Part shown: positions 1-8,794 of the stretch, piece by piece
Position numbering within the stretch: position 1 is the stretch's first letter
Layout of the letters: each line of letters opens with the position of its first letter
NCBI GenBank assembly: GCA_965140585.1
Contig: OZ223270.1
Span: 256,001 to 320,000 of the forward strand
Length of the DNA stretch: 64,000 bases
Origin: Spirochaetia bacterium
Lineage (GTDB): Bacteria > Spirochaetota > Spirochaetia > UBA9216
Direction: 5' to 3'
Program-made: the position numbers and the translations under genes
The notes under the pieces: generated by a model
Told to the model about the DNA's origin: nothing
Database searches by the model: none
The model's input: only the letters and a program-made list of their open reading frames with translations

Positions 1-300
1 TCTCAGCTAGATCCTCTATTTCAGCCAGTTCTTGAGCAAGCCATTGGTTTGCCAATAATCGATATCATATAAGTTGTTCCATATAAGATATAAAAAGTGG
101 ATTTTTCATGGTGATTATGTATTCTCCGAAAGATATCATATAAAGGTCCTAAAAATTAAGGAAAGAGTTTTATCAAACTTTGACAAAACACCATTGCCGA
201 ACTAAGGAATATCAAGGATTGATAAGGACTATAATTTATATTATTCTTTATATAGTAAGTATTTGTAGAAATACCAAGAAATTGTAGAGTATATATCAAT

Positions 301-347
301 ACTGCCTCCTAAGCAGTAGGTCATGCGTTCGAATCGCGTCGGAAATA
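301..347 (+). pseudogene. 3' portion of tRNA-Arg(CCT), probable att site remnant
   Basis: Anticodon arm ACTGC-CTCCTAA-GCAGT, variable loop AGGTC, T-arm ATGCG-TTCGAAT-CGCGT, then CGGAAAT-A. No D-arm or 5' acceptor strand upstream. Confidence 0.85.
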
Positions 348-396
348 AAAAAATAGCTGATCGAGTATATCTCGGTCAGTTATTTTTTTATTTCCG
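340..396. terminator. Bidirectional intrinsic terminator-like hairpin
   Basis: 26-nt arms (340-365 / 371-396) with two G-U pairs, TATAT loop, and A7/T7 tracts. Confidence 0.75.
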
Positions 397-594
397 TAAG
401 CGAGTCGATGGAGTTTTATGGCTGCATTTCAGGACAAAGGCAAACTTAATAAAATAGAGATCCACAGGAGATACAATAATAGCAGTACAGTAACAAAACC
501 ACGCTCCAGCCATATGTGGAAGAAACTGAAACACCATACCTTATTGGGTTTAAAGATTACCCCTCCGAAGATAATCACATGTTAAATTAAATAC

Positions 595-623
595 ATGACA
601 AAAGTAAACGTTTTCTATATACT
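595..623 (+). promoter_or_regulatory. sigma70-like promoter of lacI-1 with overlapping LacI-type operator
   Basis: ATGACA-17bp-TATACT. AGTAAACGTTTTCTATA (603-619) is identical to 5654-5670. Confidence 0.7.
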
Positions 624-632
624 TCTATAGAA

Positions 633-1658
633 ATGAATAAAAGAATTTCGATTGCTGATGTTGCAGAACTTGCAGGAGTATCAATAGCTACGGTTTCGCG
701 TGTAATAAACGATACAGGTTATCCAGTATCAAAGGTAAGCAGAGATAAAATACTTACAGCAGTTGAACAGCTGAATTACACCCCCAGCTTCGCAGCACAA
801 AGACTTCGCCGTGATTTTAATCCAGTCATAGGTCTAATTGTCAGGGATATTGCAAACAGTTTTTTTGGTGAAATAGCAAAAGGTGCAACTGAACGGGCAA
901 TGGAGATGGGATATTTATCTTTTGTATGTAATACAGGAAGAGATGCTGCAAATGAAATGGATTTTCATGAGCTTCTGTGGAAAAATCGTGTCAGGGGAAT
1001 CCTTCTCATTGGCGGAGGTCTTGATACTCCGGATTATCAGAATATAATAAAAAAGCAGCTTGATCGCTGTAAACGATTCGGGCTTCGTATTGTAGCAAAT
1101 GCGCCGCAGGGTTTAGAACTTCCTATGGTCACAACAGATCTTGAGAAGATTAGTTATGATCTTACAAATCATCTTCTTGGAATAGGTCATAGATCAATCG
1201 CTTTAATAACCGGCGAGCAGGGGGTTGTAACAAGTAAACTGCATTTCTCAGGTTATTCCCGTGCTATGACAGAAAAGAATATTACTGTTAGAAATGAGCT
1301 AATCAGGCTAGAAGCATTCACTGAAAAATGCGGATATAAAAGTTGCAAAGAAATTATAAAACAGACCCCCAGACCGACAGCAATCTGCTGCGGTTGCGAT
1401 CCGATAGCTGTAGGTGTCCTGCATGCACTTCATGAAGAAAACCTCCGAGTACCGGATGATGTATCATTAATCTCGATTGGAGATACACCAATGGCCGCCC
1501 ACCTGCAACCCGCACTTTCTAGTATTCGTGTTCCAAGATATGAAATGGGGGCAAGAGCTGTCGAACTTATTCTTTCAGACAGCTATACAACTGATTATAT
1601 TGAATATTTACCAACAGAATTTATAGAAAGAAACTCTGTTATTCCAATTAATCAATAA
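633..1658 (+). CDS. LacI family transcriptional regulator
   Basis: N-terminal IADVAELAGVSIATVSRVIN HTH plus periplasmic-binding-like C-terminal domain. Confidence 0.95.
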   Translation: MNKRISIADVAELAGVSIATVSRVINDTGYPVSKVSRDKILTAVEQLNYTPSFAAQRLRRDFNPVIGLIVRDIANSFFGEIAKGATERAMEMGYLSFVCNTGRDAANEMDFHELLWKNRVRGILLIGGGLDTPDYQNIIKKQLDRCKRFGLRIVANAPQGLELPMVTTDLEKISYDLTNHLLGIGHRSIALITGEQGVVTSKLHFSGYSRAMTEKNITVRNELIRLEAFTEKCGYKSCKEIIKQTPRPTAICCGCDPIAVGVLHALHEENLRVPDDVSLISIGDTPMAAHLQPALSSIRVPRYEMGARAVELILSDSYTTDYIEYLPTEFIERNSVIPINQ

Positions 1659-1715
1659 AAATGCGGCTTGCAGACAAAAACCCCAAACCGCATCAATATT
1701 AATACCTGAAACATT

Positions 1716-3572
1716 TTATACTTTATTCTTCACTTTGATCTGCTCAATAATTTTTCTAAGAATAAAAAGAACAACAATAAGTCCAAGTGCCAAGATATCT
1801 GTTTGCACTCCAGGGTTCAGGAAAAGCAGAGCCGCACCAAACAGTACTATTCTAAAAACAGGATTCCAGTATCCAAGGAAATATCCTTCAATAGTTGCAA
1901 CCAGACAGCAAACCCCAAAAATCGCAGTTATAATAGCAATAATAATAGCGTCAGGAGCTCCTACCATTAATAGCTCAGGTGAAAAGACAAAGATAAATGG
2001 AATAATATATCCGGGTAATCCATAAAGAAATCCCCGAATTGCAACAGAGTTTGGATTAGTCTGTGCAATGCCTGCGGCAGTATAGGATGTTATAGCAACA
2101 GGGGGAGTTAGGCCAGCGACTGCTGCAAACATAAAAATAAACATATGCGCAGAGAGAGGCTGTGCACCCATCTCAACCAATGGAGATACCAACGTAGCCG
2201 AAAGAATAATATATACAGCAGTTATGGGCATTCCTGTACCGAGTATGATTGCAGCCACCATAGTTAAAAGCAAACCAAGCATAAGGTTGCCGTTTGAAAA
2301 ACTTATCAACCCACTGGCTATCTTAGTACCAAGTCCGGTAACACCAATAACCCCAACTATTATTCCGGCTCCCGCACAGGCTGCAGCGATGGGAACAGTC
2401 TGCTTTGACCCCTGAAAAAACGCTTCCAGCACAGACTTACCCCATTTTTTCGGGTTCTTAATGGAGATAAAAGCAATCAACATTGCCAGGACAGTTGCCC
2501 AGAAGGCAACTTTGAGTGGACTCCACCCGACAATTATCATTACAATAAGAAAGACCAGCGGTAAACCGTGATAACCTCGCTTTAATAATGCGTCTTTAAT
2601 TTCAGGAAGTTCGTCTGAAGGGAGTCCATGTAAATTTGCTTTTACAGCTCTTACATCAGTAATTAGAAATAATGACACATAATATAAAACTGCAGGGATT
2701 AGGGCTGCTTTAGCAACAGTCAGATATGAAACATTCAGGTATTCAGCCATTATAAAGGCTCCTGCCCCCATTACCGGCGGTAGGAACATTCCACCGGTAG
2801 AAGCTACAGCCTCTACTGCTCCTGCAACCTCAGGTTTAAAGCCGATACGTTTCATAAGAGGTATAGTAAAAGTACCTGTTGTAACAACATTTGCAACCGG
2901 GGCCCCCGAGACGGTTCCCATAAGCGCACTTGCAACAACCGAGGTTTTAGCAGGACCTCCCCGGTATCGGCCGGTTAGGGCATAAGCCAAATCAACGAAC
3001 CATTCACCGCCACCTAAAGCACTAAGCATTGATCCGAATATAACAAAAGCGATGATGAAGGTTGAAGAAATACCCAGCGCCACACCGAATATACCTTCAG
3101 TAGTTAAGTACAGAAAGTTCACAAGACGTGAAAGCTTTACTCCTGAATGGCCGAGGAACCCGGGGAAAATTGGTCCGAATATTGCGTAAAAAAGAAAAAA
3201 GCTCGCGGTAATAGTTAAACCCCATCCAACAGTGAATTTTATTGCAATAATAAGGATTATTATTGCGGTAATTCCCATAACCATATCAAATGTCGACAGA
3301 CCGCCTACACCGAAAATTCGCTGACGCCAGGTCAAAAGAACATATATACAGGTTGCAGCTGCTGTAACAGCAAAAAGTATTTTTCCAATATTAAAAACTT
3401 TATATTTTGATTCAAGCATTAAGTAGGCGGCTGTTGACATAAAAAGCCAGTGTAAAGCCCGCTGTGTTAGAGTACTAAAGCTGCCGAAACCACCGGTGAA
3501 AAAGAAAATTACTGAACTGATTATGAGCAGCCATTTTACCAGGATGTGTAACCACGAAACCTTTTTTTCCAT
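1716..3572 (-). CDS. TRAP transporter fused 4TM/12TM permease (TAXI type)
   Basis: Highly hydrophobic; GGPAK, ANVVTTGTFTIP, EAVASTGG, PPVMGAGAF and TPPVA motifs. Confidence 0.92.
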   Translation of the reverse strand: MEKKVSWLHILVKWLLIISSVIFFFTGGFGSFSTLTQRALHWLFMSTAAYLMLESKYKVFNIGKILFAVTAAATCIYVLLTWRQRIFGVGGLSTFDMVMGITAIIILIIAIKFTVGWGLTITASFFLFYAIFGPIFPGFLGHSGVKLSRLVNFLYLTTEGIFGVALGISSTFIIAFVIFGSMLSALGGGEWFVDLAYALTGRYRGGPAKTSVVASALMGTVSGAPVANVVTTGTFTIPLMKRIGFKPEVAGAVEAVASTGGMFLPPVMGAGAFIMAEYLNVSYLTVAKAALIPAVLYYVSLFLITDVRAVKANLHGLPSDELPEIKDALLKRGYHGLPLVFLIVMIIVGWSPLKVAFWATVLAMLIAFISIKNPKKWGKSVLEAFFQGSKQTVPIAAACAGAGIIVGVIGVTGLGTKIASGLISFSNGNLMLGLLLTMVAAIILGTGMPITAVYIILSATLVSPLVEMGAQPLSAHMFIFMFAAVAGLTPPVAITSYTAAGIAQTNPNSVAIRGFLYGLPGYIIPFIFVFSPELLMVGAPDAIIIAIITAIFGVCCLVATIEGYFLGYWNPVFRIVLFGAALLFLNPGVQTDILALGLIVVLFILRKIIEQIKVKNKV

Positions 3573-3577
3573 ATTAA

Positions 3578-4561
3578 TTAATTCTCCAAAAGGTTATGCT
3601 CTTTGTAATATCGCTCAGCTCCCGGGTGAAGAGGGATGGGCATTTCAGAAGCCATTTCAGCAGCAAAGACTTTGGCTGCAGGATGAGATGATTTTATTTT
3701 CTCAATATCCGAAAATAAAGCTTCAAGGATTTTGTACACTACTTCATCAGGCATATCTATATCCACTACAACCATATTAGTGCTTTTAAGCGTTTTAATA
3801 TCAGTCGGAGTCCCATAAACAGAAGAAGATAGGGTATAGGAACTATAGTATGGGTAATTTTGATGAACTTCCGCTATCACATCATCAGGAACTGATAGCA
3901 TTCTGAATTCCTTTCCTGTTTCTATCAGCTGCCTCAACGCCGGGCTAGGAATTGCAGACTGAATAATTATTGCATCAAGATTACCGTCTGCCATTGTTGT
4001 TGCACTTTCCGCATAAGAAAGAAAAGTAGCCTTTACATCATCAAAAGAAAATCCGGCTGCATTAAATGCATATTGAGAAATCTCCACTCCAAGACCTCCC
4101 TGAGGCCCAAGTGAAATTCTTTTTCCCTTCAAATCAGGAAAATCAATAATATCGGAATCAGCCATCACAGCAACCTGAAAAACCCCCAGTGTTAAATTAC
4201 TGAATAGTCCTCTCACTTTATCATGCTTTTCACTAAATGGTGGCTGCCCAACAAGCCCCTTATAGGCTGAAGCTGTTGAAGTTATTGCTAATTTTACACT
4301 TTCTTCCTGTATCAGCCTGATATTATCTACCGCACCTCCAGTTACCTGTGCCGTAGCTTGGATTCCAAGTTTATCGGTAAGAATTTCAGCCATTGCTATT
4401 CCGATAGGATAATACGCTCCTCCGGTACCGGCAGTACCAATCTCTATGAATCTTGGAAGTGAAGATTCACCTTCAGCACTTTCTGACTGACCAGTTGAGA
4501 ATGCAAGTGATGCAATAAAAGTCAGTAATAAAACTAATAAAAATACTCTCCGTCCTTTCAT
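3578..4561 (-). CDS. TAXI family TRAP solute-binding protein
   Basis: Signal peptide; IGTAGTGGAYYPIG, TGGAVDN and PIPLHPGAERYY motifs. Confidence 0.93.
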   Translation of the reverse strand: MKGRRVFLLVLLLTFIASLAFSTGQSESAEGESSLPRFIEIGTAGTGGAYYPIGIAMAEILTDKLGIQATAQVTGGAVDNIRLIQEESVKLAITSTASAYKGLVGQPPFSEKHDKVRGLFSNLTLGVFQVAVMADSDIIDFPDLKGKRISLGPQGGLGVEISQYAFNAAGFSFDDVKATFLSYAESATTMADGNLDAIIIQSAIPSPALRQLIETGKEFRMLSVPDDVIAEVHQNYPYYSSYTLSSSVYGTPTDIKTLKSTNMVVVDIDMPDEVVYKILEALFSDIEKIKSSHPAAKVFAAEMASEMPIPLHPGAERYYKEHNLLEN

Positions 4562-4584
4562 ATATACTCCTTCATATCTGTACT

Positions 4585-4612
4585 TGTTGAAACCGGCGCC
4601 CCGGTTTCAACA
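4585..4612. other. Intercistronic hairpin
   Basis: Perfect 12-bp stem TGTTGAAACCGG-CGCC-CCGGTTTCAACA between the DHDPS-family and TAXI genes. Confidence 0.6.
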
Positions 4613-4663
4613 CTAATTTTAATAATTCGTCAATTTTTTAAAAGAATAACCATTAATCAATTT

Positions 4664-5599
4664 TCATCCGACTTTTTCAAGACCGGCAGCTTTCACAGCT
4701 TCTCTAATTTCAATTTCAGCGCCCGGGTCAAGCGGAAGCAAGGGAGTTCGAACGGTTGCATGATCGAGAATGCCTCTTTCAACAAGAGCATGTTTTAATG
4801 CTACAGTACCTTCCATGTGTGAACCTCTGTGGTAAATAGTTTTTGTCACAGGCATAAGCTGATCATGTATTTTTCTTGCTTTTGAGTAATCCTTAGCCTT
4901 ACCAGCCTTAATCATCTCAACCAGTAATTCAGGAGCTACATTACCATACCCGACAAGAAACCCGTCTACATCAAAGACAGTTGATAATAGATATTCATCA
5001 TGGCAGCTTAAAATTTGAAGCTCAGGCCGTTCTTTCCTGATAATAGGAATTTCAGTATCCCATCTTCTCATATTTCTTACACCATTTTTCATTGCAAACA
5101 CACCTGGAAGGGCAGCAATATCAAGCATTGTCTGCAAATCGTACGTACATTTAGTAACATCCGGATACTGGAAAAGAATTAAGGGTAGTCCGCTTTTTTC
5201 GTAAACAGTTTTATATTTATCCTGAGGGGCCCCTTTTTGATATCCGAACCTTAACCAGCCATGTGAAGGATACAGTAAACCAGCTGAAGCACCGGCTTTT
5301 ACAGCGCGTTTAGCTTCCTCAGAGGCTACACCAGTGCCTTCCATTGTGATACCAGCGATAATTGGAATACTTCCGTTTACTGAATCAACAAAAGCTTCAA
5401 TAACTTTTGTCTGTTCATCGGGAGAAAGAAAGGTGCCTTCTCCTGCATGTCCAAGTACAGTAAGGCTTTTCACACCATCAATTCCGGCTAACCATCCGCC
5501 TAATTTTTTAATTGCGGCATAGTCTACTTCCCCATCAAGAGTAAAAGGTGTTACCGGAGCAGGGTTTAATCCTCTTAGATCGATATCAATCTTTTGCAT
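4664..5599 (-). CDS. Dihydrodipicolinate synthase/N-acetylneuraminate lyase family protein
   Basis: PVTPF, GHAGE, Schiff-base Lys in AMKNG (K171), VRTPL. Confidence 0.9.
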   Translation of the reverse strand: MQKIDIDLRGLNPAPVTPFTLDGEVDYAAIKKLGGWLAGIDGVKSLTVLGHAGEGTFLSPDEQTKVIEAFVDSVNGSIPIIAGITMEGTGVASEEAKRAVKAGASAGLLYPSHGWLRFGYQKGAPQDKYKTVYEKSGLPLILFQYPDVTKCTYDLQTMLDIAALPGVFAMKNGVRNMRRWDTEIPIIRKERPELQILSCHDEYLLSTVFDVDGFLVGYGNVAPELLVEMIKAGKAKDYSKARKIHDQLMPVTKTIYHRGSHMEGTVALKHALVERGILDHATVRTPLLPLDPGAEIEIREAVKAAGLEKVG

Positions 5600-5618
5600 A
5601 GAATCTCCTTGTTTATAG

Positions 5619-5678
5619 TAATTATTATAGAAAACGTTTTCTATAATAATTATAGTAAACGTTTTCTATAATTGTCAA
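5619..5678 (-). promoter_or_regulatory. sigma70 promoter with two tandem LacI-type operators
   Basis: TTGACA(5678-5673)-18bp-TATAAT(5654-5649). Perfect 34-bp palindrome at 5619-5652 and a 26-bp one-mismatch palindrome at 5648-5673, both centred on AAACGTTT. Confidence 0.85.
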
Positions 5679-5906
5679 GAAAAAGATCTAAAATTATATG
5701 ACAAGCAAAGGTAGAACCTCTTTGTTGTAAAAACCTAAAACTTCTAAAAAGCATTTCCAATATAGGTTGACATCAACATTCAGCCATATTGACGTTGAGA
5801 AGAAAATCTGCTGATTATTAGTTGTTTATAGAACCATGGATTTACCATACGAGGAGTTTATGTTTTCAATGAATATCTGTGCTATGCATCGGATGATAAA
5901 AATGTA

Positions 5907-6272
5907 ATGTCACTGAGTGACTATGTCTCAAGTGTGAGTCCTGATTATAAAGAACCTGATGATTCTCCCGACGTTAACCTGCCCCCTTTAGCCGAGGGTG
6001 AAATGTATATCGGTTTTAGTACCTGGGAAGAAGGTGTTTTAATTAACGAAGACACCGAAGAAGAGGAAGAAGTTGAGCTTATAGAATGTTCTCTCCTCCT
6101 TATAGATAAATTTAAAATCACAATGGAAAACGATCAAAAGGAATTTGATGAGATTGTTGCTGTTGTTATAGATGATGTAATCTATCAGGTCTATTTTGAC
6201 TCTTCCAATACAAAGAAATCTGAGTTCTTTACTGTTAAAAAAGACGGTCTAATTGAAAAGCTGAATATATAG
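5907..6272 (+). CDS. Acidic hypothetical protein, possibly a 5'-truncated remnant
   Basis: 121-aa D/E-rich ORF; the frame stays open upstream to about 5832 without a start codon. Confidence 0.5.
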   Translation: MSLSDYVSSVSPDYKEPDDSPDVNLPPLAEGEMYIGFSTWEEGVLINEDTEEEEEVELIECSLLLIDKFKITMENDQKEFDEIVAVVIDDVIYQVYFDSSNTKKSEFFTVKKDGLIEKLNI

Positions 6273-6434
6273 CAGTTATAATTACAGTAATAAACAAGAA
6301 TGATTGAGCAACTTAATAATTGACTGACACCGGAATGTAGATTGTATTTATTTATAATACTGAAGATACAGACTATATAACTATGGTAGGGGAAGCTGAT
6401 ACAATACGTTAGTGAAGAAAGTACCTTAACAATC

Positions 6435-7315
6435 GGTAGTGTCAAATAAACTGTGTTTTTTCCTGAAATAACTTATACTATTTCAGGAGAAGCATATGAT
6501 TTTAGATCAGAGCGAATTACAAAAACTTATCAAAAAAAGGGGAATTAAGACAACTGAAGATCTTAACTCCTTCATGAACGAATTTACCAAAGAAGTTGTC
6601 GAATCCCTTTACGAGGGAGAAATAACCGACCATCTTGGACATGAAAAGAATCAAAGAAAGACTGAAGGCTCAGAAAATGTCCGAAACGGTTACAGTTCCA
6701 AAATTGTAAAATCCAAACATGGTGAAATAAAACTTGAAGTGCCCCGGGATCGTGAAGAAGTTATGCCCCCCAGATTGTCAAAAAGCGTCAGAATGATATC
6801 ACCGGGATGGAAGAAAAAGTCATCTCCATGTTTGGCCTCGGATTATCAACAAGAGATATTCAAAGCCATATTCAGGAGATTTACGGTTACTCCATGTCTC
6901 CGGAAACAATATCAACAATAACAGATTCAGTAATTAAACGGGCTAAAGACTGGCAAAGCCGCCCACTTAATCAGGTATATCCAATAGTATTTCTCGATGC
7001 TTTGGTTGTAAAAATGCGGATTGAGCGCACAGTTAAGAATGTGGTTATGTACGGCATTATTGGAATCGATCTTGAAGGCCAGAAAGAATGCCTGGGTTTA
7101 TAACTTTCAAAAGAACCGGAATATCTGATGCTATCGGAAGTGCTTTTCCCAGAGCCGAAATCCAGAAGTGTGTTGTACATCAAATCCGTAATTCACTGAA
7201 GCATGTTCCATGGAAGGAACGTAAACAAGTTGCAGCAGATCTCAAGCTGGTATATGATTCAGCTACAGAACAGGAAGCTCTTGATAATCTTGAAGCCTTT
7301 CAGGAAAAGTGGTGA
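6435..7315 (+). mobile_element. IS256 family element remnant (frameshifted, internally deleted, 3'-truncated transposase)
   Basis: Left end GGTAGTGTCAAATAAACTGTGT; RNGY, VPRDR, GLSTRDI, YPIVFLDA and QKCVVHQIRN motifs split over three ORFs. Confidence 0.9.
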
Positions 7316-7354
7316 AGAAGCTGTGCCACAGGCTTTGTTATAGTTCTTTCACTA

Positions 7355-8633
7355 TGATCCTGCCTCCGAAAAACGGACACGTAGTTAAGCAACATTTTCG
7401 TAATAATAATTACATTCCTTCTGTTCCGGTGTCAACCAATCATTTGCAGAATGCTTCCTAAGCCGGTTGTAATAGATCTCGATATACCAGAAAAATTCTT
7501 TTTCCAATTCTCCAAATGTTCGATATTTTCGATGACGAGTCAATCGAGTTTTCAGTGTGTGGAAAAAAAGATTCTGCTACGGCATTATCCCAGCAATTCC
7601 CTTTTCGACACATGCTCTGTGTGGCTTCCGCTGATTTCAAAACAGACCGGAATTGCTCCGAGGCATACTGAATACCCCGATCACTGTTAACCATAAAACC
7701 TTTAGGAGAACCATAGTTATAAATATATTTCTCAAGAGCTTTGCAGGTTGAATCTGCTGTCAGGCTTTCACTGAGATCCCAGCCTACAACTTTCCGGGAA
7801 TAAAGATCAATAAATAGCGACAAGTATACCCAATGTGATGCCACCTGAATATATGTAATATCGCCAACAAGAACTTCACCAGGTTTCTCCTGAGTAAAAT
7901 TCCTATCTAGAAGGTTTCCTGCAATCCATTTATCATGTTCAGAATCAGTTGTCACAACAAACTTTTTCTGAACCTTACACCGGAGCCCCATTTCTTTCAT
8001 AAGAGCCGCAACACGACTCCTGTGAACTGTTTTATACTTAGGGTTATCATGTAAATCTCGGGTTATTACCTCGCTTCCAGCCATATGACGGAGCTTCGGG
8101 TGAAAAAGATGCGATATTTTGAGCATCAATTGCTCTTTCGCTTTCTGTCTTGTAGATTTGTCCCGTTTCTGCCAATCGTAGTAACCGCTCACGGAGACAT
8201 TCAGATTCTTGCACATTTTCACCACCGGAACATTCAGAGCAGTGATTTTCAATGAAGCAGTATTTCATTCCGGTGTTTTGCTGAAAATGGCCAGTGCTTT
8301 TTTTAATATTGCTCGATCCATTTCAACATCTGCGAGCTTTTTCTCCAACTTACGGATTCTTTTCTGTTCAGGAGTTAAAGCTTCTACTCCGTTTCCTGGA
8401 AAAGCAAGCTCTCCACCTTTTTCCATCTGCTTTCGCTATCTGCCTATCAGTGCCTGACCTATACCAAGAGACTGCTCCACACTATGAGCAGTGCGTCCTG
8501 TTTCATTTGCCAGAGCAATTGCATTTCTTTTAAATTCCGCGTAGTATCGACGTCTGTTCCCATTACTCATGTCAAACCTCATTCTATTTGAATTTTGGCT
8601 TAACTACCACTCCGTTAAATCAAGGCTGGTTCA
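7355..8633 (-). mobile_element. IS3 family insertion sequence, inactivated
   Basis: TG...CA ends with 36-bp imperfect IRs (7355-7390 / 8598-8633, 25/36 match). orfA from 8570 has an in-frame TAG and an A7G run. orfB has GDITY, SDRGIQYAS and GNCWDNAVAESFF with frameshifts. Confidence 0.92.
7458..8268 (-). pseudogene. IS3 family transposase OrfB (frameshifted)
   Basis: Integrase-core DDE motifs; N-terminus MKYCFIENH lies in a different frame from the body. Confidence 0.85.
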
Positions 8634-8794
8634 ATATTTAAAATAAAAACCGACACAAGGATAAAAATAACCCCTGCTACGTGTTCAGGTTATAGACGCC
8701 TGACTAATCGGAAAATGGATGCCGAATTTAAAATATTGCTTTAAATTATTGCTTTCACAATATTGATTCCATATAATTATGTCGGGGAGTTGAT

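Noticed and set aside
1-108. Minus-strand ATG with GGAG upstream (MKNPLFISYMEQLI*YRLLANQW...)
   Set aside because: In-frame TGA after 14 codons and runs off the window; no recognisable family and no evidence for recoding.
275-347. Possible complete tRNA-Arg
   Set aside because: No D-arm or complementary 5' acceptor strand upstream of 301; reported only as a fragment.
430-480. GGCAAAC reminiscent of a c-di-GMP-I riboswitch
   Set aside because: The GAAA tetraloop stem and GCAAAG second stem are absent.
6325-6335. TGACACCGGAA with an inverted copy near 7423-7433
   Set aside because: Only 11 bp, and the second copy is inside IS3 coding sequence; probably chance.
7351-8637. Target-site duplication of the IS3
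   Set aside because: Flanks ACTA and ATAT do not match.
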